This document shows, piece by piece, positions 51,475 through 61,525 of a DNA stretch of 63,187 nucleotides. The translations under genes and the position numbers were made by a program. This DNA comes from Candidatus Poribacteria bacterium (GTDB lineage: Bacteria; Poribacteria; WGA-4E; UBA9662): positions 1-63,187 of the forward strand of contig JAYGDX010000007.1 of the NCBI GenBank assembly GCA_046582655.1, in the 5' to 3' direction. Below the pieces are notes generated by a model. It saw nothing but the letters and a program-made list of their open reading frames with translations. It did no database searches and was not told the DNA's origin. How positions within the stretch are numbered: the stretch's first letter is position 1; each line of letters opens with the position of its first letter.

Positions 51475-53880
51475 TCAAAGTTTCTGAAACAGGTTAGACA
51501 TGACAAAGTTTTCAATAACGGTTTTTAGCTTGTAGTGATCTTGCTTGCTCGCTTTGGTAATTTCCTTGATCTGTTTAGCATCGTCAATTGTCATCACTCG
51601 ACGCAGGGCAAAAGTAGCAAGCTGTTCGACGAAGGCCTCGGCAAAACGGTCGAGATCCTGCACTAGGAGTTGCTTGAATTCACCTGGCCCATCATAGGTG
51701 CGCCCATCGGCCATCGTGCCGCTGGCGTTCACAGAAGGGTTAGCTCCTTGACCAACAGCTACAACTTCCTCTGCCCGCCAGCGGCCGATCGCGTCATAGT
51801 TGTCGAAGGCAAGGCCGAGCGGATCGATTTTCTGGTGGCATGACGCACAGATAGCATGGGTCGCGTGAGCTTCCAACTGCATACGTATCGTGGCCTTCGG
51901 CTGGTTGACCGGGGTCGGTTCTAGTGGCTCAACATTGGGCGGCGGTGGCGGTGGCGTTTTGCCGAAGATCGCTTCCGAAACCCACACTCCACGATGTACA
52001 GGACGATGCCGTGTTCCATCGGAGGTGAGCATTAGAATCGAGGCTTGCGTCAACAATCCACCGCGATGGTCTTCCGGACGCAATACCAAACGCTGAAAAC
52101 CAGATTCTGATAACAGATGCATCTTGTAGTGTATGGCCAACCGAGGATTTACCATCGTCCAGTTGGAATCGAGGAATTCGCGCAGCGACAGATTCTTTGA
52201 AAACACCTCGTCAAAAAAGCTGGTCGTTTCCAGTACCATGCTTCTTTCGAGCCACTTGTCGTAGTTAGGATAAAGCTCCGCATCGGGTGGGAACATACCA
52301 ACTTTATGAAGCTGCAACCATTGTCGGGGGAACGATTCAGTAAATCGATCGATCTTCGGATCGAGCAACATTCGTGTCAACTGGGCCCGCAACACACTAG
52401 GGTCACGCAACCTGCCAGCCCTCGCGGTGGTGAAAAGCTCCTCGTCAGGTATCGACCCCCAGAGAAAGTACGACAACCGTGAGGCAAGTTCCCAATCGTC
52501 AATGTAGTTTCGAGGTTCCGTAGCTGAGCCTTCTACAAGATAGTAGAAGTTCTTCGAAGTAAGCACACCCACCATGGCAGCAAAATGGGCAGACCTGAAG
52601 CTCTCGCCAGCAGAGAGCTCGCGCTCAACGATTTTCACATACCTATCTATCTCCGCATCCGTCGCGGGCCGACGCCAAGCACGGTCGGCAAAACGTTTTA
52701 GACACTCATGAGCTTCGTCTAAATCATCTTCTCTGGAAGGGATAAGGTGATCACGCTTCTTCAAGTCTGACTCGCTCGCAACAAGAACTTCCCATTCAAT
52801 CCAATCAATAAGCAACAAAGGATAAATGGGATTACCATCGTCGTCAATAAGCATGTATCCCGTAGGGTTCTTAAACCTATGTTCTTTTGTATTGATGAAG
52901 TCCCCACTGGTATTCCTAGACGTATGTGTATTTGGCAACGGTGCTCCCACTATATCATTCATAATTTGGAAGCTACTCGATGAGGTTACGAACTCGACGA
53001 TAATCGGCTCTTCTTCCAGCACAACGATGTCTTCATCAAAGATAGATCGTTTAAGCACAAAATCCCAGACAGTCAAGTGCGGCACCCTATCATCTAGGGA
53101 TCGCAAACCACTGAGTTGAATGCGAACCCGCGACTGCATACCTTGACTACCTATATGGATATGATGGCTAACTCGACCAGGCCAATAAACCCAGCGAAAT
53201 CGGCCGGAAATGCCTCGCTCAGACAACCACTTCTCACGCCCTTTATTGGCATCATGTCGCCCCTTGATCTGTACAGGAGGTTTTTCAGGGAAGGCTCGCA
53301 TCAAAACTGTCTCGGCCGCTTTAAAGTAGCGACTGACATGCGATGGAGATAAAGACAGTATTTTGCCGATACGCTCAAACCCGTGCCAACGTGGATCCTC
53401 GTTGAGTACACCAGGCATGTGTACGTCGTAATGTACACCCAGCAGATCATAAACAGTACTGGCATATTCATCCCGACTTAGACGATAATGCACGACGGGA
53501 CCGCGTTTTGCCATCCGTACCGCCTCCCCTTCCCTAATCCGATCGGAGATCCAACCAACTACCTTCCCAATTTCATCTGCTGTCGGCTGTAATTCTTTCT
53601 CAGGCGGCATTTCGCCAGCGTTCACCCGATTCATCAACTCAGCCCACTTCTGAGTAACCAAGTTGTTCTCGAAGCTATGCGACAACGTATCAATACGGAA
53701 CTCCGCCTTTTGCGTTTGCTCGTTATGACAACGCAGGCAATACATTTTTAGGAACGGAAGTACTACTTGGTCAAAGCCAGTTGGATTACCTTCAACAATA
53801 GAAAATCTTGTGGAAAGAACAAACGTCAGCGTAACACAAAGGAGTACGGATCTATTTATCTGATGTGAGATGGGTTCCAT
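51475..53880 (-). CDS. DUF1592/DUF1588/DUF1587/DUF1595/DUF1585 planctomycete-type cytochrome c domain protein
   Basis: CLRCH and CASCH haem motifs, RLSRDEY, ELASRLSYFLW, RGGLLTQAS, PVHRGVW, IDPLG.AFDNYDAIGRWR. Confidence 0.9.
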   Translation of the reverse strand: MEPISHQINRSVLLCVTLTFVLSTRFSIVEGNPTGFDQVVLPFLKMYCLRCHNEQTQKAEFRIDTLSHSFENNLVTQKWAELMNRVNAGEMPPEKELQPTADEIGKVVGWISDRIREGEAVRMAKRGPVVHYRLSRDEYASTVYDLLGVHYDVHMPGVLNEDPRWHGFERIGKILSLSPSHVSRYFKAAETVLMRAFPEKPPVQIKGRHDANKGREKWLSERGISGRFRWVYWPGRVSHHIHIGSQGMQSRVRIQLSGLRSLDDRVPHLTVWDFVLKRSIFDEDIVVLEEEPIIVEFVTSSSSFQIMNDIVGAPLPNTHTSRNTSGDFINTKEHRFKNPTGYMLIDDDGNPIYPLLLIDWIEWEVLVASESDLKKRDHLIPSREDDLDEAHECLKRFADRAWRRPATDAEIDRYVKIVERELSAGESFRSAHFAAMVGVLTSKNFYYLVEGSATEPRNYIDDWELASRLSYFLWGSIPDEELFTTARAGRLRDPSVLRAQLTRMLLDPKIDRFTESFPRQWLQLHKVGMFPPDAELYPNYDKWLERSMVLETTSFFDEVFSKNLSLREFLDSNWTMVNPRLAIHYKMHLLSESGFQRLVLRPEDHRGGLLTQASILMLTSDGTRHRPVHRGVWVSEAIFGKTPPPPPPNVEPLEPTPVNQPKATIRMQLEAHATHAICASCHQKIDPLGLAFDNYDAIGRWRAEEVVAVGQGANPSVNASGTMADGRTYDGPGEFKQLLVQDLDRFAEAFVEQLATFALRRVMTIDDAKQIKEITKASKQDHYKLKTVIENFVMSNLFQKL

Positions 53881-54547
53881 CAGGTTTCACGTTGGTCCTC
53901 GTGCATCGTTGCTTTCAACCCCAGCAGAGATGTACATATTATATTATGGCACATCGCAAAACCAAACGGGAACTAGCAGCTACACGACCAATTCAAGGCT
54001 GATACTCACTCTTTTACGACACATTGTATCAACATGTCATCTTAGTGCACAAATAATTTTTCCATTTAAGCCTTTCTGCTGGCAGCCAATTTAGTGTGTG
54101 CAGACAACCTTTTGATTCAATTGTCTTTCCTTCCTCAAACTTGATTCGCCTGCAGTTCAACCTAAGTTTAGTGAACACCTACGTCTCGCTTTCCTAATGA
54201 TCAGTGACCATAGAGCATCGTCGATATTCATTTGATTAAGCATAAATGCCCAAGGATTCGCCAGTGGCGTTTCATTGGGTGATGGTGGAGCACTTGTGTC
54301 GATTGGCCGAGGATCAAGCAAGATTATGAAAGAAATGACTAATATCCGGAGAGTTCAACAATTCCTGTCCCGAGAGAAACAACTAGGTAACTCGAAACTC
54401 GCGTCTTCCCACGACCAATCAAAAAACAAATAAAACAAGAGCAGTTGCTTGCACTTTCCAATTGAAAGCTAATCATGTTTGCATCGAATGCCCGTTAACC
54501 AATGTAGAGCCGTTGATGGCTTTAGGAGCGTTTAACCACGTAACTGA

Positions 54548-56797
54548 TTAATTCACTTCGGCAACGACCATCGAGTGAAGTCGTAGTTCAGGGACCGTAA
54601 CGATTGTTTCTGATTCAATTTGTGATATGTTCAAGTCGATTCCCTCTGGCTCCAACCTTACTTGCTTGATAGACTGATTGTGAAACACTACTTGAATACC
54701 GTGGATAGGAATGATTTCCTCTCGTGCCGGTGGCCCCCCTTCAGGTAAAGCTCGCCCGGCCGAAGTATTGATTTCATTGAGTAAATGGACAATTAATTTT
54801 TTTCTGTTCTGTTGCGTGAAAAAATTGGTTTGCACACACATCGGAGCGCGAACAATAGTAGGCGGCAAGTTTTCTCGGCACACCCACATAATTGAACGCG
54901 CGAGAAGTTGGCGTTGATAGTGATATGGACTAATGAAATTTGACTGGCCCATGGCACCGGGAAAGTATACGACTCGCCCACTGTCGCCATTGCTATTAAC
55001 CGCCAGCAGAAATGGGCTGGTACCATCGATAATTTGGTTCTCATCGCGTGCCTTGACCAGGAGGTCGCGATTATTACCGTAAAAACCTAGAACCTCGGCT
55101 TGGGGTTTTGGTCTTATCTTAGCAACAAATCCGATGAAGTCGAGAACTGAGTTCTTTTCACGCAAGGCCTCATCAAATTCCGTAGCATCTGTAACATAAT
55201 GCGGGCAGAGCGTGAAACAAGCCGTTTTGTCAAAATGTGGCCACCACGCAGTATGATCCTCATTGCCTATGTAGCTAGCTTGAAACAATTCGGCCAAACC
55301 GAAATCACTGCGACGCGTGCCGAATTCATCACATAGCGAACTTTCGTTCATTGCGACCAGCCCGCCACCGGCCGCAACAAAACGTTGGATGTTCATCAAC
55401 TGTACGTCTGAGAGACATATCGTGTTCGGAAGAATCAGTACCTTATATAAGCTTAGCCTATCTCCCTCAGCAACATCCTGATCAGTAATGACATCGACAG
55501 GCAAATGGTTTTCCAAACAGGCCCGAAAGACACCAATAGCCGATTCCATGTGTGCAGGCAAACGCCGTTGATTTGGACCAAAGCTTGAAGCGTCAGGAGT
55601 ATCAACACCACTACCAATCCACCGACCGCTAAGTTCGCCGTGCCGATCGGGAACTCCACCAAACAAACGGCTATTTTCCGACACGAGCATCGCCGCCCAC
55701 TTTATCGATTCAGCTTTGGTTGTAAACGCTTCTCTGGCCGCCAGTAAATCATTGTATCGCTGCACTGAATGGTCTGCGCCTAATTGCCAATAACCTAACG
55801 CTGGAGTGGCTCCATTAGTTATGACTGTCAATAATCGAAAGTCACGTTCAACCATCGGAACCAACGGCGGCTGCTGACCATGGGATTGCATGTAGGGCAA
55901 CATTAGCACTGGCCGCTCAGCTGTCAGACCACGATAATATCGTATGACAAAACTTGGAAGTAGATTATTACCAAGATCGGGAGGAAAATCCCAAAAGAGT
56001 TCCAATAAAGGTGCATCGAGCAACCGATTCGCGGCATCTGAACATTCTGCCACGCCAGCGAATCCCCATTGCAGCCAACGCCCAGGCCCGGTGCTCCAAG
56101 GTATTGCGGCAAATTCAGGGTTTATTTTCTTAATTGCCTTTTGCCAGCGATACACAAAATCCGTCCACTGATTTAGCTTCCAGCGCATAAAGCGTCGGAA
56201 CTCTAGACTGCCTACATCCCGGCTGGCTGGCAGCAACTTTCCGGTGTCCTTCTTGTAAGCATCTTGACAGTACTGGCAATGACAGAGTGCAAACGTGCCA
56301 AATCCGTCGAGGTTGTACCCTTCGAAACTGAATACTTTTGCGAAATGAACGCTTTGCGCAATGTAGAAATCACCGAAAGGTGAAATCCAGCAACCGTTGG
56401 TGAACTGGGCATCTTGGTCACCCGGCTTGCGTGACGGAGCGTCCGGCGCGTAACGCTCCTGCCATTCTGGATGTTCGCCCAGTAACTTCTGTGGATGCCA
56501 AAATCGAATCAACGGGCAGAGCGTCTTAATGCCCAAGTTTTGGCCTTCAATCACAAGTCGAAGATAGCGTTCGATATCGCAATCTTCGCCGGTTTCAAAA
56601 TGATAAATCCGGTCTTTCCCATCCCAAATGTAGAAGAATGGCGAGGCATTAGTTCCAGCGCAGGCAATGTTCACCTGCTGGTCGGCCCATATTTTCTCAG
56701 GCCAAATATCGAATAAAAGACGTGGTTGCTGTTCGGTCAGCCACTTGGGTGGTGGGAATGGTTTTGGGTAATGCAAAGGCATTTCCTCCTTACTCAC
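54548..56797 (-). CDS. Glycoside-hydrolase-like protein with beta-galactosidase trimerisation (GATase-like) domain
   Basis: CWISPF, CHCQYC, YKVLILPN..CLSD, FVAAGGGLVA, GRVVYF. Confidence 0.7.
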   Translation of the reverse strand: MSKEEMPLHYPKPFPPPKWLTEQQPRLLFDIWPEKIWADQQVNIACAGTNASPFFYIWDGKDRIYHFETGEDCDIERYLRLVIEGQNLGIKTLCPLIRFWHPQKLLGEHPEWQERYAPDAPSRKPGDQDAQFTNGCWISPFGDFYIAQSVHFAKVFSFEGYNLDGFGTFALCHCQYCQDAYKKDTGKLLPASRDVGSLEFRRFMRWKLNQWTDFVYRWQKAIKKINPEFAAIPWSTGPGRWLQWGFAGVAECSDAANRLLDAPLLELFWDFPPDLGNNLLPSFVIRYYRGLTAERPVLMLPYMQSHGQQPPLVPMVERDFRLLTVITNGATPALGYWQLGADHSVQRYNDLLAAREAFTTKAESIKWAAMLVSENSRLFGGVPDRHGELSGRWIGSGVDTPDASSFGPNQRRLPAHMESAIGVFRACLENHLPVDVITDQDVAEGDRLSLYKVLILPNTICLSDVQLMNIQRFVAAGGGLVAMNESSLCDEFGTRRSDFGLAELFQASYIGNEDHTAWWPHFDKTACFTLCPHYVTDATEFDEALREKNSVLDFIGFVAKIRPKPQAEVLGFYGNNRDLLVKARDENQIIDGTSPFLLAVNSNGDSGRVVYFPGAMGQSNFISPYHYQRQLLARSIMWVCRENLPPTIVRAPMCVQTNFFTQQNRKKLIVHLLNEINTSAGRALPEGGPPAREEIIPIHGIQVVFHNQSIKQVRLEPEGIDLNISQIESETIVTVPELRLHSMVVAEVN

Positions 56798-57259
56798 TGC
56801 AGAAAAGGAAAAGGCTTAGATTGCAATGCAAACAATCCACGGCAACCCATGTAGTGTTGACTGCTGTTCCATTTCAACCCTTTGATGTCTTCGTAATATG
56901 ATGCTACCAGCAGCGAAATATTATATTGTTTTCTTAATATAGCGTGATATTCGACGAGATGATTGAGTTCAAAGAAAGCGTACGGTGGGGTGCAAACCAA
57001 TTATATCATTGGGACAAAGATTGGAACAAATCTCCATGATCATCTGACCAGGCAAGGAGTTTTAATATGTTTTTTTCTCAATAAATAATAAACCATGCCT
57101 TCAAGGAACAATCTGCTTCTGTAGTAATGTTGTATTCGAGATGAGTTGCCCTATGTTCCAAGGTCTGTTTCCCTATAGGTGTGCATACTTCTGCAAGGAT
57201 TTTCACGACGTTTTGTCGTAATCAACAGGAAAAATAGGAAGCCTGATTCGTTTCAGGGA

Positions 57260-58348
57260 TCAGGCTTCTGAAATTTGATAATCTGCCTTTTCGAGCCATT
57301 GCGGATTAATTTCAATCCCCCAACCCGGAGCAGATGGGATCTTGACGTTACCATCTTGGACTGTCAAAATTGGCGAGAACAGATTTTCTGTCCAAGCTGT
57401 GGGTTCAATCGAAAATTCGACGTAGTCCCCTGCGTTCTCGATAGCTCCCATCATGTGCAGTGAAAACACAGTAACCAGTGACAAGTTGGCAGAATGAGGA
57501 ACACAAGACTTTCCTGTTACTTGTGCCATCTTTGCTACCTGCATTGCCCGTGTGAGTCCGCCAATATAGCAGATGTCAGGTTGGACAATATCAACCGCAT
57601 CGATGTCAATCATTCGCCGCCAGGTTGGAAGCCAACAATCCTGTTCACCACCAGCAACATCCAGATCCAATGCCGATGAGACTTCAGCCGTCCATTCCAG
57701 TTCCCAATATGGACACGGCTCTTCGAAGTGGCAAACGCCGTTGTCTTCCAGAAGTCGGCCCACCTCAATAGCTCTCTTTGGCGTGTAGCAACTGTTACCA
57801 TCAACAAGCAACGAAACTTCATCACCGATTGCTCGGCGGACAGCAGGTACCAACGTCTCAGTTCTATTTTCCCATTGGTCCTTATCGTGACCGCAGACAC
57901 TGCCAACCCGAATCTTAAATGCTCCATAGCCGTATTGATCTCGAAGTTTTGACAGCCGGTCACTTTCGGCCTCAGGTGTGATATCACGCCGCATGCTAGA
58001 TCCATAAACTGGAAAGGAGTGTGATGTTCCGCCAATCAATTGGCAAACGCTCTTGTCTTCAATCTTGCCACGCAGATCCCATAATGCCGTCTCCAACCCC
58101 GTCAGCGCACGACATATATAACTTCCCGGGAATTTATATGTCGCTTCTAATGTTGAATCGACCAAGCTATCGATTTCCAAAGCATCTTTGCCTAATACAT
58201 AAGGGGCAATTTGCCGATGCAACACAGCGGAACTGATATCCGCGTTATATGGAGAGGTTTGTCCCCATCCTTTCAATCCATTGTCGGTTGTTACATTCAC
58301 CATGCTGATCTGTCTGTTCGAATATGTTTCGATTTGCCGGATCTTCAT
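57260..58348 (-). CDS. Mandelate racemase/muconate lactonising enzyme family protein
   Basis: [32 protein letters not shown]. Confidence 0.9.
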   Translation of the reverse strand: MKIRQIETYSNRQISMVNVTTDNGLKGWGQTSPYNADISSAVLHRQIAPYVLGKDALEIDSLVDSTLEATYKFPGSYICRALTGLETALWDLRGKIEDKSVCQLIGGTSHSFPVYGSSMRRDITPEAESDRLSKLRDQYGYGAFKIRVGSVCGHDKDQWENRTETLVPAVRRAIGDEVSLLVDGNSCYTPKRAIEVGRLLEDNGVCHFEEPCPYWELEWTAEVSSALDLDVAGGEQDCWLPTWRRMIDIDAVDIVQPDICYIGGLTRAMQVAKMAQVTGKSCVPHSANLSLVTVFSLHMMGAIENAGDYVEFSIEPTAWTENLFSPILTVQDGNVKIPSAPGWGIEINPQWLEKADYQISEA

Positions 58349-58472
58349 AGTTTTTTTGCCGACTTAGTGCTGTGACTATGCTGGATCATCGAGATGGTTG
58401 TTGATAGAATGTACCTTCTTGAATCAGAATTGACAGAGGCATACTAAACCATCTGGAACGGGGAAACCTGTT

Positions 58473-59237
58473 TCAGCTCTTTTTTAGAACTGACCACGTC
58501 GTGGCCAGTTTGCCCTTTGCATCCACGACTCTTGGACCACGCCAAAAAAGAAAATTATGAAGAACTTCGGACACCTCTTTTTTTCCTGTTCTTCCTAACG
58601 ATTGCAGGATTTGCAAAGAATTGAAGACAACATCTCCCTTACCTGCTTTGGCCCAAACAACTAATGGCCATTTGTTCTGCTTATCGGTTATTAATGGTTT
58701 CCAAGGTTTTGGGGCTTCATGCGGTCCATCTGCCATGAAATCTCCTACTCCCCAACCACCACCAAAATGCTTGTCAGTCAATGCATTTGGCTTTTTGAAA
58801 ATGTCGTGGTCAGCCAAAATGACACCGACGTTATCTTCTAAATCTGGATCGAGCAGCGCGAGTGGATGAGGCAGGAAATTCTTGTTCCAAGTAGAATCTT
58901 GTTGAAAATCAACGGTAACAAGATAACCACCCTTTTCTACATACTCATTCACAATTTTGAAGTTTTCTTTTAAAGGTTCGTTTTTGTCGTAGGCAACGAC
59001 TCCAACAGCGATAACATCATACTTCAGCAACGTATCGATCTTATAATCGCCTTTTTCAAGCACTTCAAATTCAATTTTAGCATTTTTGAATGCTTGCTCT
59101 TCAACTTGAGCATCGTTACCTCTACCCTGAACAAAACCTACTTTCAATTCTTGGGCGGAAAAAGCGGAGAATACGAAAAAAAACAAGACAATCAAACAAC
59201 AGTTGAAGCATCTAAAAAGCAATACTTTTTGCAGCAT
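58473..59237 (-). CDS. Secreted hypothetical protein with the KL..TW..LK C-terminal tail
   Basis: AGGAG RBS, signal peptide, tail VVDAKGKLATTWSVLKKS; no LamG motifs. Confidence 0.8.
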   Translation of the reverse strand: MLQKVLLFRCFNCCLIVLFFFVFSAFSAQELKVGFVQGRGNDAQVEEQAFKNAKIEFEVLEKGDYKIDTLLKYDVIAVGVVAYDKNEPLKENFKIVNEYVEKGGYLVTVDFQQDSTWNKNFLPHPLALLDPDLEDNVGVILADHDIFKKPNALTDKHFGGGWGVGDFMADGPHEAPKPWKPLITDKQNKWPLVVWAKAGKGDVVFNSLQILQSLGRTGKKEVSEVLHNFLFWRGPRVVDAKGKLATTWSVLKKS

Positions 59238-59436
59238 AATAACATCTCCTTTTTTTGAACTCTTTTAACGACATTTACTCTATCCAGACAAAAATGATGT
59301 TATTAAACACAATACATCGTTCTGCCAGAAGAAGCAAAACACTTTAAATCCACCACCCTCAGTAGTAAAGCAAAACAGATTACCAGCCCCCCTCTAGAAT
59401 GCCTGAGAATGCCGAATATGCAATATTTTAGCATTC

Positions 59437-59595
59437 TCAAGTGGGACGGGGGATTGGGCAGTAGACAATAAACGATTTAACTTTCTCGATGTCTCCACTA
59501 AATGCAGCCTCATTCAAACCATTGAGGTCGGCATCCATCCAACACCCCATCCAAACAACCAATATCAATAACACAACAAATAATCTTTTAACCAC
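59437..59595 (-). pseudogene. Truncated ankyrin-repeat lipoprotein-like fragment
   Basis: AAGGTG RBS + MVKRLFVVLLILVVWMGC...LNEAAFSGDIEKVKSFI (start of an ankyrin repeat), then an early stop. Confidence 0.55.
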
Positions 59596-59751
59596 AACAT
59601 ACACCTTGTATTTTAGTTTTAACTTAAATACAGAATATTGATTCGGTGTAGCGATTGGGAAAGTAGAACCTAGACAGCCAGAAACACAAGCCCAATCTAA
59701 CACCTACATCAATTCAATAAAATACTCCTTTCTTCTATTTCAACTTAATAT

Positions 59752-59878
59752 CTAGCATCTTTAGAAGCTAGTAATGATATTTTAGCTTCTACAAAGAAGA
59801 ACTCTAATTTTTCTAATTCTTCTTCAGAAAATGCACCAGCATCAATAAAACCATCAAGTAACTCAAATGCTTTTTCTG
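59752..59878. repeat. 127-bp direct repeat, left copy
   Basis: Matches 60925-61052 except for one indel and one substitution. Confidence 0.92.
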
Positions 59879-59909
59879 GGACATACTCTCACAGAGTGTT
59901 TTAGGCACC

Positions 59910-59938
59910 TTGACCAACCTACCAACCTGTGCTATCAT
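59910..59938 (+). promoter_or_regulatory. Sigma70-type promoter for the LamG gene
   Basis: TTGACC-17 nt-TATCAT with an extended -10 TG. Confidence 0.65.
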
Positions 59939-60108
59939 GAGATTTCTCCAGTGAAATGCTAACATTTCAGGGAGAAATACGGTTCAGACAATTAGACGGG
60001 GACAGGACCCCTGTTTAATCTATCCGTATGATTAAACCCTTGATGTATTTAACCGCTACAAATGTAGTAAATTTTCACATAACAATTACGCCTCAGGAGT
60101 AAGGAACT

Positions 60109-60900
60109 ATGAAACGTCTCCTTAACTGTTTCTCGATAATTTCACTTTCAATTCTGGCTCTATGCCCATTGTTATCACTAGCTGCTGGCCCTGATGTCCA
60201 TAAAGACAAACTAGTTGGACACTGGACTTTTGAGAAGGGAGAAGAACTAAAAGATTTAACAGGTAATTTCCCTGATATAAAATTGATGGGAGCGGAAATT
60301 GTTAAAGGCGCTTTGGACGTAGATGCCGGTAAGTGGGCTATTACCGTTGGTGACTACAAAGGTCCTGATATTAAAGAAAAGACCTTGATGTCTTGGTTCA
60401 GCTTTCAAAATAATGCTGTGATTAAAGGTTCAATATTATGTATTGATAAGATTAGTGGAGATCATTTTGATTCCATTGTCTATGCAGAACGTCAGCCCAA
60501 TCAGTGGATGGCTGGCAGTAGTTTCTTTAGGCGAACAGATGATTTCAAACCTGGACACAAGGACACCACTAAAGGCGAAAAGTTCATGATGGCTATCACG
60601 TATAAAGGCGACAAAACAGCGACGGTTAAGGGCTACCGCAATGGAAAGAATATCAGTGGTAAAGGTTACGAGAAAGGTCCGATGGTCACTTGGGAAAAAG
60701 ATGATGCTGAAGCCATTTGGGGCAAACGGCATGGTAGCGTAGGCGGTGGACCTGGCGATTTAGATGGCCTAATTTACGAATCGAGAATCTATGGCGTGGC
60801 CTTGACGGAAGAAGAAATTAAAGGCTTGAAGGAAGGTTCACTTTCGGTTGAATCTCACGATAAGCTAACTACCAAGTGGTCGATTATCAAAAGCTATTAG
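60109..60900 (+). CDS. Secreted LamG-like protein
   Basis: Signal peptide, LVGHWTFE, DGLIYESRIYGVALT, tail VESHDKLTTKWSIIKSY. Confidence 0.85.
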   Translation: MKRLLNCFSIISLSILALCPLLSLAAGPDVHKDKLVGHWTFEKGEELKDLTGNFPDIKLMGAEIVKGALDVDAGKWAITVGDYKGPDIKEKTLMSWFSFQNNAVIKGSILCIDKISGDHFDSIVYAERQPNQWMAGSSFFRRTDDFKPGHKDTTKGEKFMMAITYKGDKTATVKGYRNGKNISGKGYEKGPMVTWEKDDAEAIWGKRHGSVGGGPGDLDGLIYESRIYGVALTEEEIKGLKEGSLSVESHDKLTTKWSIIKSY

Positions 60901-60924
60901 CCTATTTAGAACTGGGTTATTGTG

Positions 60925-61052
60925 CTAGCATCTTTATGAAGCTAGTAATGATATTTTAGCTTCTACAAAGAAGAACTCTAATTTTTCTAATTCTTCTTCA
61001 GGAAATGCACCAGCATCAATAAAACCATCAAGTAACTCAAATGCTTTTTCTG
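60925..61052. repeat. 128-bp direct repeat, right copy
   Basis: See 59752-59878; encodes the C-terminus of ORF 60934..61392. Confidence 0.92.
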
Positions 61053-61392
61053 ATGCTAATTCTAAAAACATCATTGCAATTTGAGATAAGCATTCATAAG
61101 TTGTAGAATGTTTATCAGAATCATCAGACTTCATGTTTACCAGTTCCTTCTCTATCTGTAGCTTTCTTTGCTCCTGGTGGCTTATACATTGTTCATAATG
61201 CTCCTGGTTGTTCCCAAATATTGATCTCATTCTCTGCCAAACCGACAGTTTAGGTTGCTGGAGTATGTTCTGACTCAGAATAATTTGCTGTAGTCGTTCC
61301 TCCGACTTCACCTTGTCTTGGATAGTGACCTTGAGAAACGCAATCTGTTCCTGCAAATCCTTGATTTGCTTGTCTTTCTGCTCCAGTAACAT
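60934..61392 (-). CDS. Hypothetical, probably chimeric coiled-coil protein or relic
   Basis: LEQKDKQIKDLQEQI...LSVWQRMRSIF segment fused to an unrelated AT-rich tail that is duplicated at 59752. Confidence 0.45.
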   Translation of the reverse strand: MLLEQKDKQIKDLQEQIAFLKVTIQDKVKSEERLQQIILSQNILQQPKLSVWQRMRSIFGNNQEHYEQCISHQEQRKLQIEKELVNMKSDDSDKHSTTYECLSQIAMMFLELASEKAFELLDGFIDAGAFPEEELEKLEFFFVEAKISLLAS

Positions 61393-61525
61393 GGCTATAT
61401 TATCATCAGTAATATCTCTACTTGTGGAATGTCTACAAGGTTGTTGTAGCTTGAGGGAAACCTATTCCAGTAGACAACCATCGGTAAAGTAGTAAAGACC
61501 ACGTTGCACCACGGTCCAAGGGTAG

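Noticed and set aside
56794..57200. Possible DapA-like remnant (LVCTPPYAFF...)
   Set aside because: Only one short motif; not enough to call.
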